A program made the position numbers and the translations under genes. From Eledone cirrhosa (Eukaryota): a stretch of 64,000 bases of DNA. Each line of letters begins with the position of its first letter. Positions within the stretch are counted from its first letter, which is position 1. Of this stretch, positions 1 through 13,529 are shown piece by piece. The notes under the pieces are model-generated. The model saw only the letters and a program-made list of their open reading frames with translations. It was not told the DNA's origin and made no database searches. The stretch covers positions 183,768,001 through 183,832,000 of the forward strand of contig OZ024740.1 of assembly GCA_964016885.1 (NCBI GenBank). The letters run 5' to 3'.

Positions 1-1195
1 AGGAGCTAAATCACCCCCAAACCACAACCTACATACAGTCGCTTTTAAAATATGTATGGATACATTGACTAATGTAGTTGTAGATACGCTGTTCCATGAC
101 TTGAGAATGGTCACTGCTTCAGAACATTTGGTAATAGACTGATAAAACCAAGAACATTCTTGACAAACATGTGTGTGCTGATCCTCCGTCTGTCCCAACG
201 ACGAATATTCCAGTTGATTCATTCAAATGAACAGTCACATGGTGAAATCAACTTATACCCATAACGTAATTCTCTGTGAGATTCAGGTAGAGACAGGGTG
301 TAACAGAACCTGTCCATTATATTACAGTTATAAACACGTGTATGCCACCTGAGTGGACTGAAATAAAGTGTTTTCTTCAGCACACAACGCACCGCTGTGA
401 ATCGAACGCATGAATTTACGAACATGAACAGAACAGACTAAGTACACAGCTATGAGCCTTCACAAAAAAAAACAGCTGTAGACAACCAAGTAATCTCTAG
501 TTTTTATCATGATATATCAGACCATTAGCTATTCATTAGTATTTGCTAATATTTGCTGTCAATGATTTCTGAAGTCTATTGAAATCACAGGGAGACTCCA
601 GTTAACATAAGTTGATTTGACATGATTCCAGATAAGCTTAAAAAAAAAAAAAAGGATAAATACCAAGCAAAAAGATAAAACAAATCCCAAAGAACTAAAG
701 AATGTTTTCAAAACATCAGAATTAGGTTGGATGGGGATAATTCTTATTTTATTAATTTTATTTTACTTCATTTTATTCATTTTATTTTGAGGGGATATCA
801 TGTTGCTTCACGTATATATTCTTGTACATGTTCTTCTGTCTTCATTATTTTATATATGTATGTATGAGTGGATGGATGTATGTATGGAGGCATGGATGGA
901 TGGATGGATGTAGGTTTCTTTGCTCATATTTTATTAATTTTCACCAATAGAGACAGAGAGGCAGTTTCTAAAGGAAACACGACTCTTTCATTGGAATTTA
1001 GACATCGACTACGTAACTACATAAATGTGTCTGTAGGTGTATGTGTGTATGTGTGAGTGAGTGCAGGTATGGATATTATTGAATACGTGGATCCGCATGT
1101 TTTGAGTCAAATGTGTACACGTTCATATGTTTATGTGTTTATGTGTCTATACATGTGTGTATGCAGTTATTACATGCAGCATTTCTGAAATGTGT

Positions 1196-1277
<82 letters not shown>

Positions 1278-2565
1278 TGTGTTTAAGATAGAAAACACGT
1301 AATACAACGGCGGTAGCCTGATAACAGCCATCGCTTTCCTAACAGTAATCGGAGAAGGTTGATAATTGATTTACAGAGATGGCTGTGGTATGGTTCTGAA
1401 GGGCGTGTTTCAGTATAATTTATGTCTGTGGTGATGCGTATGTTTGGTATGGTTGGTCATATCATCATGATTTGTGTTTGCTTGAGTTGGTGGATAGCAT
1501 GGGTATGGTTTAGATATATTTACAACCTAGTTAGGTAAATTACGGTTATCATATATAGATTGTTATGGGTAAATTTAACTGGCCTACAAACACAAAGTTT
1601 TCAAAAAATACCTAATAGTAAGTTAGAATAGTCAGAGTTGCAATATTATACTACATTAAGTATATGGGCCTAAGTTAAAGTAATTAAAAAAATTACACAA
1701 ACGCAATATATGTAAAAATACCAACTTACTGTCGAGGATAATTTTACTTCTTCAAAGCCATCATGCCACTTTCTTCATCGCCCAGCTTTCACAAAAAGAA
1801 CACCATTAACTTATGGATACCTCATCGCAAGGATAAACCCTTAATAGTCGCCAATTAGAAAGTATTCATAAAGTTACATGAATCAAACAGACATACCGAT
1901 TTCTATTTTGAAGTAAAACTACCTCTCGAGAACTCATCCACCATGAGTTATATATACATATATTGTTGGACCTCCATCGCTTCGCTTTGAGTTGAGCATA
2001 TCTATGATAAAGAGCAATCTCGTATTGTTGTATATTAGCGACAACGGTCAGCATATGATCTTTTCTATTCAAGTCTGTACTGTGAGTAGTGTGAAGGAGA
2101 CTTGGCTCTGTATATCTGTCCTGAAAGGCTTGTAGAGTCAAACTTCCAGTTATGATTGTCCATCATTGGGAACTACAATTTCCTATGTATTGTTTCATTT
2201 TAGATAAAACATGATGCGGTTTGGGGAATTTTTAGTTGGTATATCTTCTTGGTTGATTTATTAGATGAAAGGAACCTTGGTTGAGGTTACACTGAAAACA
2301 ATGCTGACCGACGATCACACCGAAGATAAAACCGACGATAAAAAGCAAACCGACGATAAAAAAGCATTCTATAGGTGATTGTCTAGTATTTTTGTATAGT
2401 AATGTCTACATACTTCTCTAGCCACTGCTACCTCTTTTATGGTAGAAAAGTATATGATACAAAGGATGATTGACTGTTTAGGGAGGTTTGACGAAGGGTA
2501 TCGGATAAAAACCACAATATGAATGAAAGAGTTCTAGACGAGTGGAAGTAATTCCTACCCCACTC

Positions 2566-2642
<77 letters not shown>

Positions 2643-2670
2643 GTACACACACACATATTTAATATGTATA

Positions 2671-2722
2671 CGGTGCCCCAGAATGGCCTCAGCCTCATAG
2701 CTGGAACAGGGTAAAAGAGTAA
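2671..2722 (-). mobile_element. Short SINE-end fragment (also at 12102-12153)
   Basis: Reverse complement ttactcttttaccctgttccagc...ggccattctggggcaccg resembles the terminal segment of the SINE at 53425-53690. Confidence 0.5.
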
Positions 2723-2779
2723 TATATATATATACAATAAAGTATGTACATAGAATCATTTGATAAAATATATACATTA

Positions 2780-3250
2780 CTTCCTCTCCCAATCAACATA
2801 ATCAACCATACAAAAAAACAATTAAACAAGACTATAAGATTAAAAGACACCTATGAAGAAATAATAGATAAATAAACGACAGCTATCTATTCGCGATCAA
2901 CAGCTATAGAATATTAACCCAGCATTTCTGATAGCTCGTGGAAATCGATTAAATACATCGTCAACCATACATAATTAGGTATAAAATCAAAGTTAGAAGA
3001 AAAAATGTATATAAACATACCGAAATTACGTTTCATTCGCCTTTGGAAATATCCGATCAAGGATAAATTCAAGAGCTTCGAAATCATCAGGAAATAAACT
3101 CACTTGGATGAAGCTTTTTCTTAAATGATCCTCGCCAGAAACGAATTCAAAATGGGTAAGAACTGTGACGTCTACTTTATTGAATATTGCTCTGATTGTT
3201 GATTATTTAATTAATTAATTTGTCATTGAGCCACATCGTGAATGGTTACC
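2780..3250 (-). mobile_element. Non-coding PLE-type repeat, copy 1 (copy 2 at ~12660-13085)
   Basis: Clear homology to 12660-13085 (e.g. atagctcgtggaaatcgattaaatacatcgtcaaccatac ... gaatattgctctgattgttgattatttaattaatt). Carries a minus-strand CTGATGA...GAAA hammerhead remnant at ~3025-3095. Boundaries approximate. Confidence 0.7.
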
Positions 3251-3269
3251 AAAAACATATATGTATATA

Positions 3270-3664
<395 letters not shown>

Positions 3665-6093
3665 TGCATTATTTTCCTGAAACGCTGCCTAAAAAACGAT
3701 GTAATCCCCAACACCATCAGGAACATCCGCTTACCAGTAAGCCTACATACACCAGCTTTCTCAAACCCCACTAACCGCATACATCGCACGTGTATCAAAC
3801 AGATCCTGAGACATCTCAACCGCCAATTACACATCCATAAGCGGACACTCTCAGAGAGCGGACACATCGACTGTCAATAACAATCGACCAGTGCTACCAC
3901 TCCAGAGTCCAATACGAGAAAAAACGTCTCAAGCGGAAATATGAGAGGATCTTGTCTAAACTCCACAACGAGAACATAGACACTAACGAACAAACCGACC
4001 AGAACCACTTGGAAAACAACAACTTAACAACCGCCACCGCCGCATCCACCAACACAGAGCCACACCTCAACGATGCGACGCACCTGGTCACCGACCTAAT
4101 CGGCACTCTAACGAGCGACGAGCTGAAACTCCTACACCTCGGACCCAAGTTCATCGTCCCACAACGACTCGACGACAGACTCAAACTCAAAATCGAGGCC
4201 AACTTTTGTCGAGCCGCTTACCAACTTAAATGGGTGGCCGCCATCAACAACGCCACAGAAAATAACAGCGCCCACGCAACCCACCTTAAGTTCCCCACTT
4301 ACCACCTCGACAACCCACTCCACACCCCACCCACCAACCACGAACTCGACACTAAACTCATCAGGCTAAAACACTCCATCTCGGATATACTTCACAAACA
4401 CACACACACACGCACAACACACAACCTCACCAAATCTCAACTCACCACTCGCTCAAACCTAAAATCGAAGAACCTCATCTACCTCCCCTCCGACAAGAGA
4501 AAAGCATTCTGCGTCATCAGCAGAGAGGCCTACAACACTCTGGCCCTCAAACACCTTGACGATGACAACCTCTACTCCAAGGTCAGGGGAATCACTCCCG
4601 CGCAGATAGAATAGCACATCAACGCCGCCTGGAACAACATCTGCGACCGGCGGAAGCTCCCGAAGAAGCTGAGATACAACCACCTCACGAGGAACAGCAG
4701 ACTACCCGCCTTCAACCACCTCGTGAAAACATACAAACAGGGACCCGACCTGAAGATCAGGCCCATCTCATCGAGCGTGGAAGGCCCACTCTACAAATTT
4801 CATGGCTCCTTGACACAATACTCAAACCTATCTTAGACACCTTGCCGGGACACGTTAACAGCTCCGAGGAGGTTTTGAAGCGCCTGCATCAAATGGATCC
4901 CGACACCAGAAAGAATAACAGTTATGCCTTCAGCCTTGATGTAGTCGCTCTCTACACCTCGGTCTCGGCACTCCCGGCCATTAATATACTGATGGAATGC
5001 GTCCAATCCACCGACCTACACTGCTTCGGGCTCACCACCACTGAAATCCACCAACTCCTATCCATCGCCGTCGACAACACCTGCTTCGGCTTCCTTGACC
5101 AAACATACCAACAAACCTCGGGACTTCCCATGGGATCAAGCCTGTGGGGTGGGCTAGCGATCTGTTACATGGACAGCCTCGAGCGCAAGGCACTCAACGC
5201 CTGCCACCCCAACCCTGTTGCCTTTTTCTCAAGGTACGTGGACGCTATCCTCATCCTCACATCTTCCCAAGACAAGGCGAACAGAATCTATAAGACGTTC
5301 AACAACACGGGCGAGAACATTGACTTCAGTGTTGAACACCCCAACGACGACGGGTCACTTTCCCTCCTCGACTTCCGTATCAACATCAGGGAACATGGAT
5401 GGATCCACTGCAACTTATACCGAAAGGCAGCCTGCAGGGACCTGTTCGTCCACTACAAGTCCGCCCACCCTAACAGTGCCAAAAGAGGATACATCACGAA
5501 CGAGATCGCGCGAATCAAAAACAGATGCAGCGATCCCGCGAGTTGTGTCACACATACCAAGCAATTCCTCAAGGTGCTGGAGACGAACGTGTACCCTACC
5601 TCGCTCACAGACAGAGTAGGAGACAGCAGACACAAGAGACAGAGAGGCACCCAGGGCAAGTGCTTACTTAAAATGCCACACTTGGGCGAGAATACCACAA
5701 ACGCTATCCGCAAGAAGCCTCTCCAGGAAACCCGGGAAATCAACTGACGCCTTCTCCCTCAGACACCGCCGATGCGCCATGCGCCATGCGAACTGTTGCC
5801 TACGCACATACGTTGTCTATAAAATAGAATGTAACAAGTGCAACCAATACTATATAGGTAGCACAATCCGGCCGTTGCACATCCGGATCAAGGAGCACAC
5901 TAACACCAGGGCCTCGTCTTTCAGGAAACACATAACTAAAGGCGGAAACAAAGACGGAAGGCCCATTGTCGCAATTCTAGCGACAGAAAGAAACGTCGGC
6001 ACATTACATATCAAGGAAGCACTTTGCATCAAACGCCTAGGGCCACAATTAAACGACCGATCCGAGAGAAGCGAAATGAGGTGGTTGGTTTAA
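3665..6093 (+). pseudogene. PLE RT + GIY-YIG polyprotein, disrupted by stops and frameshifts
   Basis: Motifs LGPKF, PSDK, DVVALYTSV, QTSGLPMGS, RYVDA (YVDD mutated), LSLLDF, YRK...HYKSAHP, and VVYKIECNKCNQYYIGST..LHIRIKEH across ORFs 3952-4614, 4842-5747 and 5779-6093. Confidence 0.93.
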
Positions 6094-6688
6094 GTTAACA
6101 AACGATGCAGCAACACACGCACACACACACACATACACAGTAGCATTCCACCATACGAACATACTACACTGCCAATACAGAGGAACAAGGCAACAACACA
6201 CGCACTCACACACACACTCAAGCGAGACAACAACACACACACACACAGTAACATTCACCAAACTGGCAGAGAATACTACGGACTGACAGCTAGCGCCACC
6301 CCACTCCCACAATTGAAAGAACTACTTCGGCCGCTGACCTCTGCCTGACCGATCCCATTTCACGCGCACGCGCGTTCTGCTGAATGGCTCAGATATTCAA
6401 AACAACGAACAGCTGAGGGCACGTTTCGCACCTTTCCGACATACCCCCCCCCCCCGGAAAAAACCCAGTTGATGGATGTGAATCCGAAATATATAGAGAC
6501 AATTAAATCTCTCCCAAGGTAACTCTTTCTCGTGGTGTTATTTTTATTTTTATCCTTCACGCTCTTTCCTTCATTCCTCTACAGGCTGCAGACTTATACA
6601 CGCCACGCATCTCAACGTACACCCATTTACATCTCTCTCCCCACCACCTGCATTGTCCAGGCTTCCAAACGACTTAAAGAAATTGAAT
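3665..6688 (+). mobile_element. Penelope-like element, near full length, degenerate
   Basis: N-terminal FLKRC..N.VIP motif, RT, and C-terminal GIY-YIG. CA-rich 3' UTR. (TA)n on both sides. C-rich coding strand. Confidence 0.93.
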
Positions 6689-8160
6689 ATATATATATAT
6701 ATATACGATATTAAATAAATGGAAACTATATTTATAAAACCATATTTATTTCATTATATATATTTCAGGGATATCATATTAACAATATGCTATGCCCCTT
6801 CCTCAGACAAAATACAATATAAACAGTTTTATAGATAAATAGATTTGACATACCGTACAACATCGACTTGTATTTGAAAAGTTGAATTGGCAGTGAAAAA
6901 ATTGTACACAGAGAGAAAGAAAGAGAGAAAAAGGAAAGAAAGACAGAAAACAAAGAAAAAGAAGAAAAAGAAGAAATGCATGGAACAAAATAGAGAGATG
7001 GAAAGATAGATAAAGAGAAGAACTTCATGTAAAGAAACAGAGAGAGAGATATATATATAGAGAGAGGAAATAGATATATATATATATATAGAAAACTAGG
7101 TAGTGGGACATCCGTTGAGTAAACGTATCAATGATACATTTATTTATTTATTTATTTATTTAGCTCTAGTATTAATGTAAGGGAGATATATGTGGTTAGG
7201 AGAGAAACCAGCTGTTATATAGAGAGAAAATCAAAAATAACCAGACATAGGCGAGGCATAAAAACCCTATGTTTTAATGTAGAGGTATTAGTATGTATAA
7301 AAACCAGCCACTACATTGTAAATATCAGTATTCCTGAATGAGACATGTATCCACAATGTGTGAAAAGTAATGATCTTATGTTTAGTTTTTAAAAAAAATT
7401 CATATGTTTATGTGATAACTACAAACATCTATGTGAATTCACATGATCAACTCTGCAAACCCTAAATTCACGGAAAACATTCTCATTGTGCTATAAAAAT
7501 TTAAGTATACATATATGTGTATATATATACACACATATATATATAGAGTCTATATTACTACTATTCTTGTCTTTACTCTACAAGATTATCTATCAAGCAG
7601 AAATAGAGAGCAGATTTCAATATATTAATAAAAAATATATATCAGAAACAAAAACCAAAAAATAACAATAATAATAATAATAATAAATATAATAATAAAT
7701 AATAATAAAATAGAAAACTAAAAAATATTACGAAAGAATATTACATATTAAAAATATTACATATTAAAAATAAAAATATTAGAAAATACTACAATAATAA
7801 AAATAAACCACAAAGATCAACCCTTCAAAATTAATTGACAATATATTGCCAAGTTCATTATAAGCATCAGAGTCGAAAAACAGATAAAGCTAAAAATTAT
7901 TTATCAAATCGCATCTAGCAAAAATCATTTCAAAAAGTTTAGGATGCCCATTTGGTCTACATGTGTTCTTATATTTAATATAGAAGTTTATCTAGTGTAA
8001 CGTTTATTCGAGATATTTGGAGCATCAACTTTTAGGGTAGCTTAATTTTTCATGAAGAATGTTTAAATAAAAATAAAAATAAAAATAAAAAGAAGAAAAA
8101 GAAGAAATCGAAAGATTTATCGGCTAGTTTCCCATATAATTATAAATCAAACTAAATATA

Positions 8161-9135
8161 CTACATTTTAAATTTAAATTTATATTTAAAAGTTGAGTTT
8201 AATCTATGTTTGCAGCAACTGAATAAATTTGTCCGTAGATTAAGGGAATTTTTAGATTTTAGTATAAAGAATATCTCCTCTGCGCAGAGGTCACATGTCT
8301 CAGAGGATGAATTAAAAGGAATCCCTCTTGAGACTATATTCCAAGCCGTCGAATATCTAACGTTATCTAGCTTAAGTTGCCAGAGTACGCCTGATAGTGC
8401 CGTTGAAGATTTTTTGCTTGGATCTGTGAAAGAATTCTTGTGGTTATTATAGCGAAGTTTAAATTCCGTCGATGTGGTACCGACGTAGTTAAAAGAATTA
8501 GAGTCAGTTTTAACATTACAATTGTATACTATATTTTTAACTAAGCAGTTGTTATTTAACGGACATTTATATCTATCTCTACAGTTACATTTGTTAACTT
8601 GTATATTATTTATGCTATTATCACTAGGTTTTAAGTTCCTATTATTTATTCTATTAATATTTTGTGCTAAATTTTTGGTGGATGAGTAGGTTAATTTTAT
8701 AGTATGTCTATTGAAAATTGAGTGATACCTATGTGTTCTAGGGAAGCGATTATCAAGAGCTTTAAAAAATAGTTTAGCGATGTGGGTTTTAATGTTTAGT
8801 GAGAAAGGGGGGGCAAACCAAATTATGTTCCTAGTTCTATTTCTTTTTTGGCCTTTGGAATTATTGTAATGCTTTCTATTATAGTTGTTAAGGTTGTTGC
8901 CGTAATTAAAATAGTTGTTATTTTGTTTAGTTTGTCTATCATTATCTATGTACATAATCTTATCAGTATATCCTGCTCTAGCTAACGCTTCATTGTAGTA
9001 TTGGGCTTTTTCGTCGAAAATCTTTCTATTCGACGAGATCCTAGAGATACGTTTTTGAACAGAGTTTACTATAGTGTTTTTGACAGATCTGGGGTGGTTA
9101 GAGTTAAAGTTGACATAGTTTAAGTTTTCATTCAA
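8161..9135 (-). CDS. PLE thumb + GIY-YIG endonuclease fragment (324 aa, open)
   Basis: Motifs SNHP, YNEAL..AGY, IIWF.PPFS, CNCR....CPL...CL..NIVY.C.V, YVG.T...FKLRY.NH..SF and CDLC.EE. Confidence 0.9.
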   Translation of the reverse strand: MNENLNYVNFNSNHPRSVKNTIVNSVQKRISRISSNRKIFDEKAQYYNEALARAGYTDKIMYIDNDRQTKQNNNYFNYGNNLNNYNRKHYNNSKGQKRNRTRNIIWFAPPFSLNIKTHIAKLFFKALDNRFPRTHRYHSIFNRHTIKLTYSSTKNLAQNINRINNRNLKPSDNSINNIQVNKCNCRDRYKCPLNNNCLVKNIVYNCNVKTDSNSFNYVGTTSTEFKLRYNNHKNSFTDPSKKSSTALSGVLWQLKLDNVRYSTAWNIVSRGIPFNSSSETCDLCAEEIFFILKSKNSLNLRTNLFSCCKHRLNSTFKYKFKFKM

Positions 9136-10372
9136 AAATTAAGCTACCCTAAAAGTTGATGCTCCAAATATCTCGAATAAACGTTACACTAGATAAACTT
9201 CTATATTAAATATAAGAACACATGTAGACCAAATGGGCATCCTAAACTTTTTGAAATGATTTTTGCTAGATGCGATTTGATAAATAATTTTTAGCTTTAT
9301 CTGTTTTTCGACTCTGATGTTTATAATGAACTTGGCAATATATTGTCAATTAATTTTGAAGGGTTGATCTTTGTGGTTTATTTTTATTATTGTAGTATTT
9401 TCTAATATTTTTATTTTTAATATGTAATATTTTTAATATGTAATATTCTTTCGTAATATTTTTTAGTTTTCTATTTTATTATTATTTATTATTATATTTA
9501 TTATTATTATTATTATTGTTATTTTTTTGGTTTTTGTTTCTGATATATATTTTTTATTAATATATTGAAATCTGCTCTCTATTTCTGCTTGATAGATAAT
9601 CTTGTAGAGTAAAGACAAGAATAGTAGTAATATAGACTCTATATATATATATGTGTATATATATACACATATATGTATACTTAAATTTTTATAGCACAAT
9701 GAGAATGTTTTCCGTGAACTTAGGGTTTGCAGAGTTGATCATGTGAATTCACATAGATGTTTGTAGTTATCACATAAACATATGAATTTTTTTAAAAAAC
9801 TAAACATAAGATCATTACTTTTCACACATTGTGGATACATGTCTCATTCAGGAATACTGATATTTACAATGTAGTGGCTGGTTTTTATACATACTAATAC
9901 CTCTACATTAAAACATAGGGTTTTTATGCCTCGCCTATGTCTGGTTATTTTTGATTTTCTCTCTATATAACAGCTGGTTTCTCTCCTAACCACATATATC
10001 TCCCTTACATTAATACTAGAGCTAAATAAATAAATAAATAAATAAATGTATCATTGATACGTTTACTCAACGGATGTCCCACTACCTAGTTTTCTATATA
10101 TATATCTATCTCTATTTCCTCTCTCTCTATATATATATATCTCTCTGTTTCTTTACATGAAGTTCTTCTCTTTATCTATCTTTCCATCTCTCTATTTTGT
10201 TCCATGCATTTCTTCTTTTTCTTCTTTTTCTTCGTTTTCTGTCTTTCTTTCCTTGTTCTCTCTTTCTTTCTCTCTGTGTACAATTTTTTCACTGCCAATT
10301 CAACTTTTCAAATACAAGTCGATGTTGTACGGTATGTCAAATCTATTTATCTATAAAACTGTTTATATTGTA

Positions 10373-10434
10373 TTTTGTCTGAGGAAGGCATAGCATATTG
10401 TTAATATGATATCCCTGAAATATATATAATGAAA
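10373..10434 (+). ncRNA. Type I hammerhead ribozyme in pLTR (copies at ~6750-6812 -, ~21105-21165 -, ~41285-41346 -)
   Basis: ttttgt-CTGAGGA-agg[catatt gtt aatatg hairpin]cct-GAAA-TATATA-TA-atgaaa. Confidence 0.7.
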
Positions 10435-10565
10435 TAAATATGGTTTTATAAATATAGTTTCCATTTATTTAATATCGTAAATATACTCCAAATACTTGTC
10501 GAGTGCTTTTATATCAGTTATAAATATTTACTCGTTGTAACCCAACAATTTAAATATAACTTTAC

Positions 10566-10597
<32 letters not shown>

Positions 10598-10660
10598 TTA
10601 TATATATATATGTATATGTATATATCTATATGTATATATATATCTATATGTATATATATG

Positions 10661-11015
10661 CGTTATTCCGTGTTAAATCGGAGGTTACCACAGTAAGTAA
10701 TGTACTCAATACATAGCAGAGTATAAAAGTTTTAATATACATGAGATTCTACAGGACTAGAACTATTTCATTCTTTAGAAATCATCAGGAATCTGGGTAA
10801 CAAAAAATAAATATGTTATTTATAGGCCCCTTCAGGTGGCAGGAGAGGATATGGAGTGGGATTGGTAGAGGTCCTAGGAGGGATGGAGATGTTCTTCATG
10901 GAGACATCAATGTCGACTTTGGTCAGCATAGTTTCTTGATGATGGTTATAAGGGGCACCGAGAGTGCTAAAAGGTACGTTATTCCGGGTTAACAGTTCTA
11001 TTCCTGTAGAATCAA
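10661..11015 (-). mobile_element. Short non-coding PLE-type insert
   Basis: Lies between (TA)n tracts. Direct repeat cgttattccg.gttaa at 10662 and 10978. Inverted copy of the hammerhead 3' half at ~10991-11013. Confidence 0.7.
10744..10794 (-). ncRNA. Type I hammerhead ribozyme
   Basis: Minus strand: agattc-CTGATGA-t ttc taaa gaa t-GAAA-tag ttctagtc ctg-TA-gaatct. Perfect 6-bp stem I, GUA cleavage triplet. Confidence 0.85.
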
Positions 11016-11044
11016 ATATATATATATATATATATGTATATACA

Positions 11045-11211
11045 CCTCAGGCACGCAGTCTAGTATTGCCTGTGTGAAGTGACCGGGTTTCCGCGCATGC
11101 GCGTTCGTAGGTTGTCCTTCCTGTTCCTATAACCATGCCCATTCCGATGTGAGGATCCGCTAATGTGACACAATCGTTCTTGGTATGGTGAACTAACTGT
11201 TGTGCAACCAC

Positions 11212-11215
<4 letters not shown>
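11045..11215 (+). mobile_element. Family A short hammerhead-bearing repeat (other copies 12185-12380, 16200-16371, 38685-39203, 46685-46800)
   Basis: Shared gcacgcagtctagtattgcctgt...gcgcatgcgcgttcg...ggtatggtgaactaactgttgt. Copies are flanked by (TA)n or (TC)n. Confidence 0.85.
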
Positions 11216-11242
<27 letters not shown>

Positions 11243-11920
11243 AGTGGTTACACTTTTTTCATATGTAACCCATTTGCAACTCCGCAGCGCCCTTATTATC
11301 ATATCTACACATAGTTTTTCCTCTGCTGCTACACGTCTTTTTCGTTCTATGTATCTTTACCCTTTCTAGCAGTCTCTCTCTCTATTAGCCTCTTCCTCAC
11401 CCTTCACTCACTCATTCTCTGTCACTACCTCTCCTCCTCCTCTTTCTTCTCGTTTGACCTGTGAGTAATTCTTTTCTCTCGCACTCTCGGCCAAGCTGGT
11501 CAGAATTTTTTCTCTCTCTCGTCTACGATTTCACAGAACTTATGTTTACTGAATTCGCAGACCAGACCCCTTCTTTCTCCCGTTAGACCTGTGCGAAATT
11601 CCTTCCTTGCTCACATTTCAACCACGTTTGATGGTCTTTATTCTCTCGTTCACGATTTCACAGGATTTAAATTCATAGAGATCTGGGACTTGTCTCTTTC
11701 TTCCTCACTTTCTGTTGCTTCACCATTTTGTTTGTTTACCCTCGCGTCCTCTTTATTTACGTGTCCCAACGACTTTTTTTAGCCGTTGCTCGCACCAACT
11801 GGAGGTATATGGTCTTTAAAGCGATGAAATGCCTATCATGGTTGGAAGATCACTGATGAAGGACAAACTTTTTTCATATGTAACCCATTTGCAACTCCGC
11901 AGCGCCCTTATTATCATATT
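11243..11920 (+). mobile_element. Non-coding repeat with ~50-bp terminal direct repeat (PLE pLTR-like)
   Basis: cttttttcatatgtaacccatttgcaactccgcagcgcccttattatcatat occurs at ~11253 and ~11868. CTGATGA at ~11853. TA flanks. Confidence 0.55.
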
Positions 11921-11923
11921 TGC

Positions 11924-11967
<44 letters not shown>

Positions 11968-11992
11968 GTATATATATATGTATATATATATA

Positions 11993-12075
<83 letters not shown>

Positions 12076-12150
12076 GTACACACAGGCATATAAATATATA
12101 TACGGTGCCCCAGAATGGCGTCGGCCACACAGCTGGAACAAGGAAAAGAG

Positions 12151-12184
<34 letters not shown>

Positions 12185-12307
12185 GTAAACCACTGGAGGG
12201 TTATATCAGTAGTAGTAGATCACTCAGTCCATGGGAGGAGTTCGGTAGAAGTAGTTCCACAACAGTTAGTTCACCATACCGAGAACAAATGTTTCACCTT
12301 CAGCAGA

Positions 12308-12348
12308 CCGAGCTGAAGATCGGCATGGAGTGAAACATTTGTTCTCGG
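12308..12348 (+). ncRNA. Minimal type I hammerhead, family A
   Basis: ccgag-CTGAAGA-(stem II)-GAAA-CATTTG-TT-ctcgg. Homologues at 16300-16339 (+), 39136-39175 (+) and 38781-38820 (-) have palindromic CAATTG as stem III. Confidence 0.78.
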
Positions 12349-12381
12349 TATGGTGAACTAACTGTTGTGGAACTACTTCGG

Positions 12382-12412
<31 letters not shown>

Positions 12413-12540
12413 AGTTATATTTAATTTGGTGGGATTCAACAAGCTTAATATTTTTATACTGATATAAAGCACTCACCTGGTAGTGGATTAAATATTCAAT
12501 ATATTAATAAATGGAAACTATATTTATAAAACCATAATTA

Positions 12541-12600
12541 TTTATTATATATATTTCAAGGGCAACCATGGCAAATTTTGGTGCGCTTTCATCAGATAAA
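12541..12600 (-). ncRNA. Type I hammerhead ribozyme (relative of the 10373 motif)
   Basis: tttat-CTGATGA-aagcgcacc...ggttgccctt-GAAA-TATATA-TA-ataaa. Canonical core and perfect stem I. Confidence 0.8.
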
Positions 12601-12794
12601 ATACAAATTTGTTTTATAAATATTGACATACCCACATAAAGACAACCTCAACCGTAAGGTTCAACAGCTATAGAGTATTTATCCAGAATTTCTAATAGCT
12701 CGTGGAAATCGATTAAATACATCGTCAACCATACACAATTAGATATAAAATCAAAGTTAGAAGAAAAAAATGTATATAAACATACCAAAATTAC

Positions 12795-12875
12795 ATATCT
12801 ACCCCATGGGATTCATTCGATTTTGGAAATATCCGATCACGAATGAATTCACGAGCTTTGAAATCATCAGGAAAC
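12795..12875 (-). ncRNA. Degenerate hammerhead with extended stem II
   Basis: gtttc-CTGATGA-tttc...(~50 nt)...cgaat-GAAT-CCCATGGGG-TA-gatat. The homologue at ~3025-3095 keeps GAAA but has lost stem III. Confidence 0.6.
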
Positions 12876-13089
12876 AAACTCACTTGGACGAAGATGTTTC
12901 TTAAATGATCCCCGCCAGAAACGAATTCATAATGGCTAAGAACTGTGACGTGTACTTTGTTGAATATTGCTCTGATTGTTGATTATTTAATTAATTAATT
13001 CGTCATTGATCGACATCGTGAATGGTTGCCAATTACATACATATATATATATATATCTATGACTTTGTCTAGTTTATGTATATGTAAAT

Positions 13090-13125
<36 letters not shown>

Positions 13126-13150
13126 ATTTACATATACATATATGTATGTA

Positions 13151-13261
<111 letters not shown>

Positions 13262-13302
13262 ATATATATGTATGTATATATATATATATGTATATATGTA
13301 TG

Positions 13303-13355
<53 letters not shown>

Positions 13356-13384
13356 GTGTATGCATATATATATATGTATGCATA

Positions 13385-13437
<53 letters not shown>

Positions 13438-13478
13438 GAATATATATATATATGTACATATATATGTATATGTATATA

Positions 13479-13529
<51 letters not shown>

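Larger units (their letters stand above)
6704..10565 (-). mobile_element. 5'-truncated Hydra-clade-like PLE with a 1.35 kb inverted pseudo-LTR
   Basis: Arms 6704-8050 and 9134-10479 are near-identical inverted repeats around the ORF. The right arm has an extra 3' tail to ~10565. Flanked by (TA)n. Confidence 0.92.

Noticed and set aside
140-412. Plus-frame peptide with Sushi/CCP-like spacing (VCADPPSVP...TCMPPEWTEIKC)
   Set aside because: Four in-frame stops and no clear splice structure. It could be chance or an old pseudo-exon and cannot be supported without a search.
6463-6520. Hammerhead in the 3' UTR of the first PLE (cagttga-t-ggat gtga atcc-gaaa)
   Set aside because: Stem II and GAAA are present, but the core has two substitutions and stems I and III cannot be closed convincingly.
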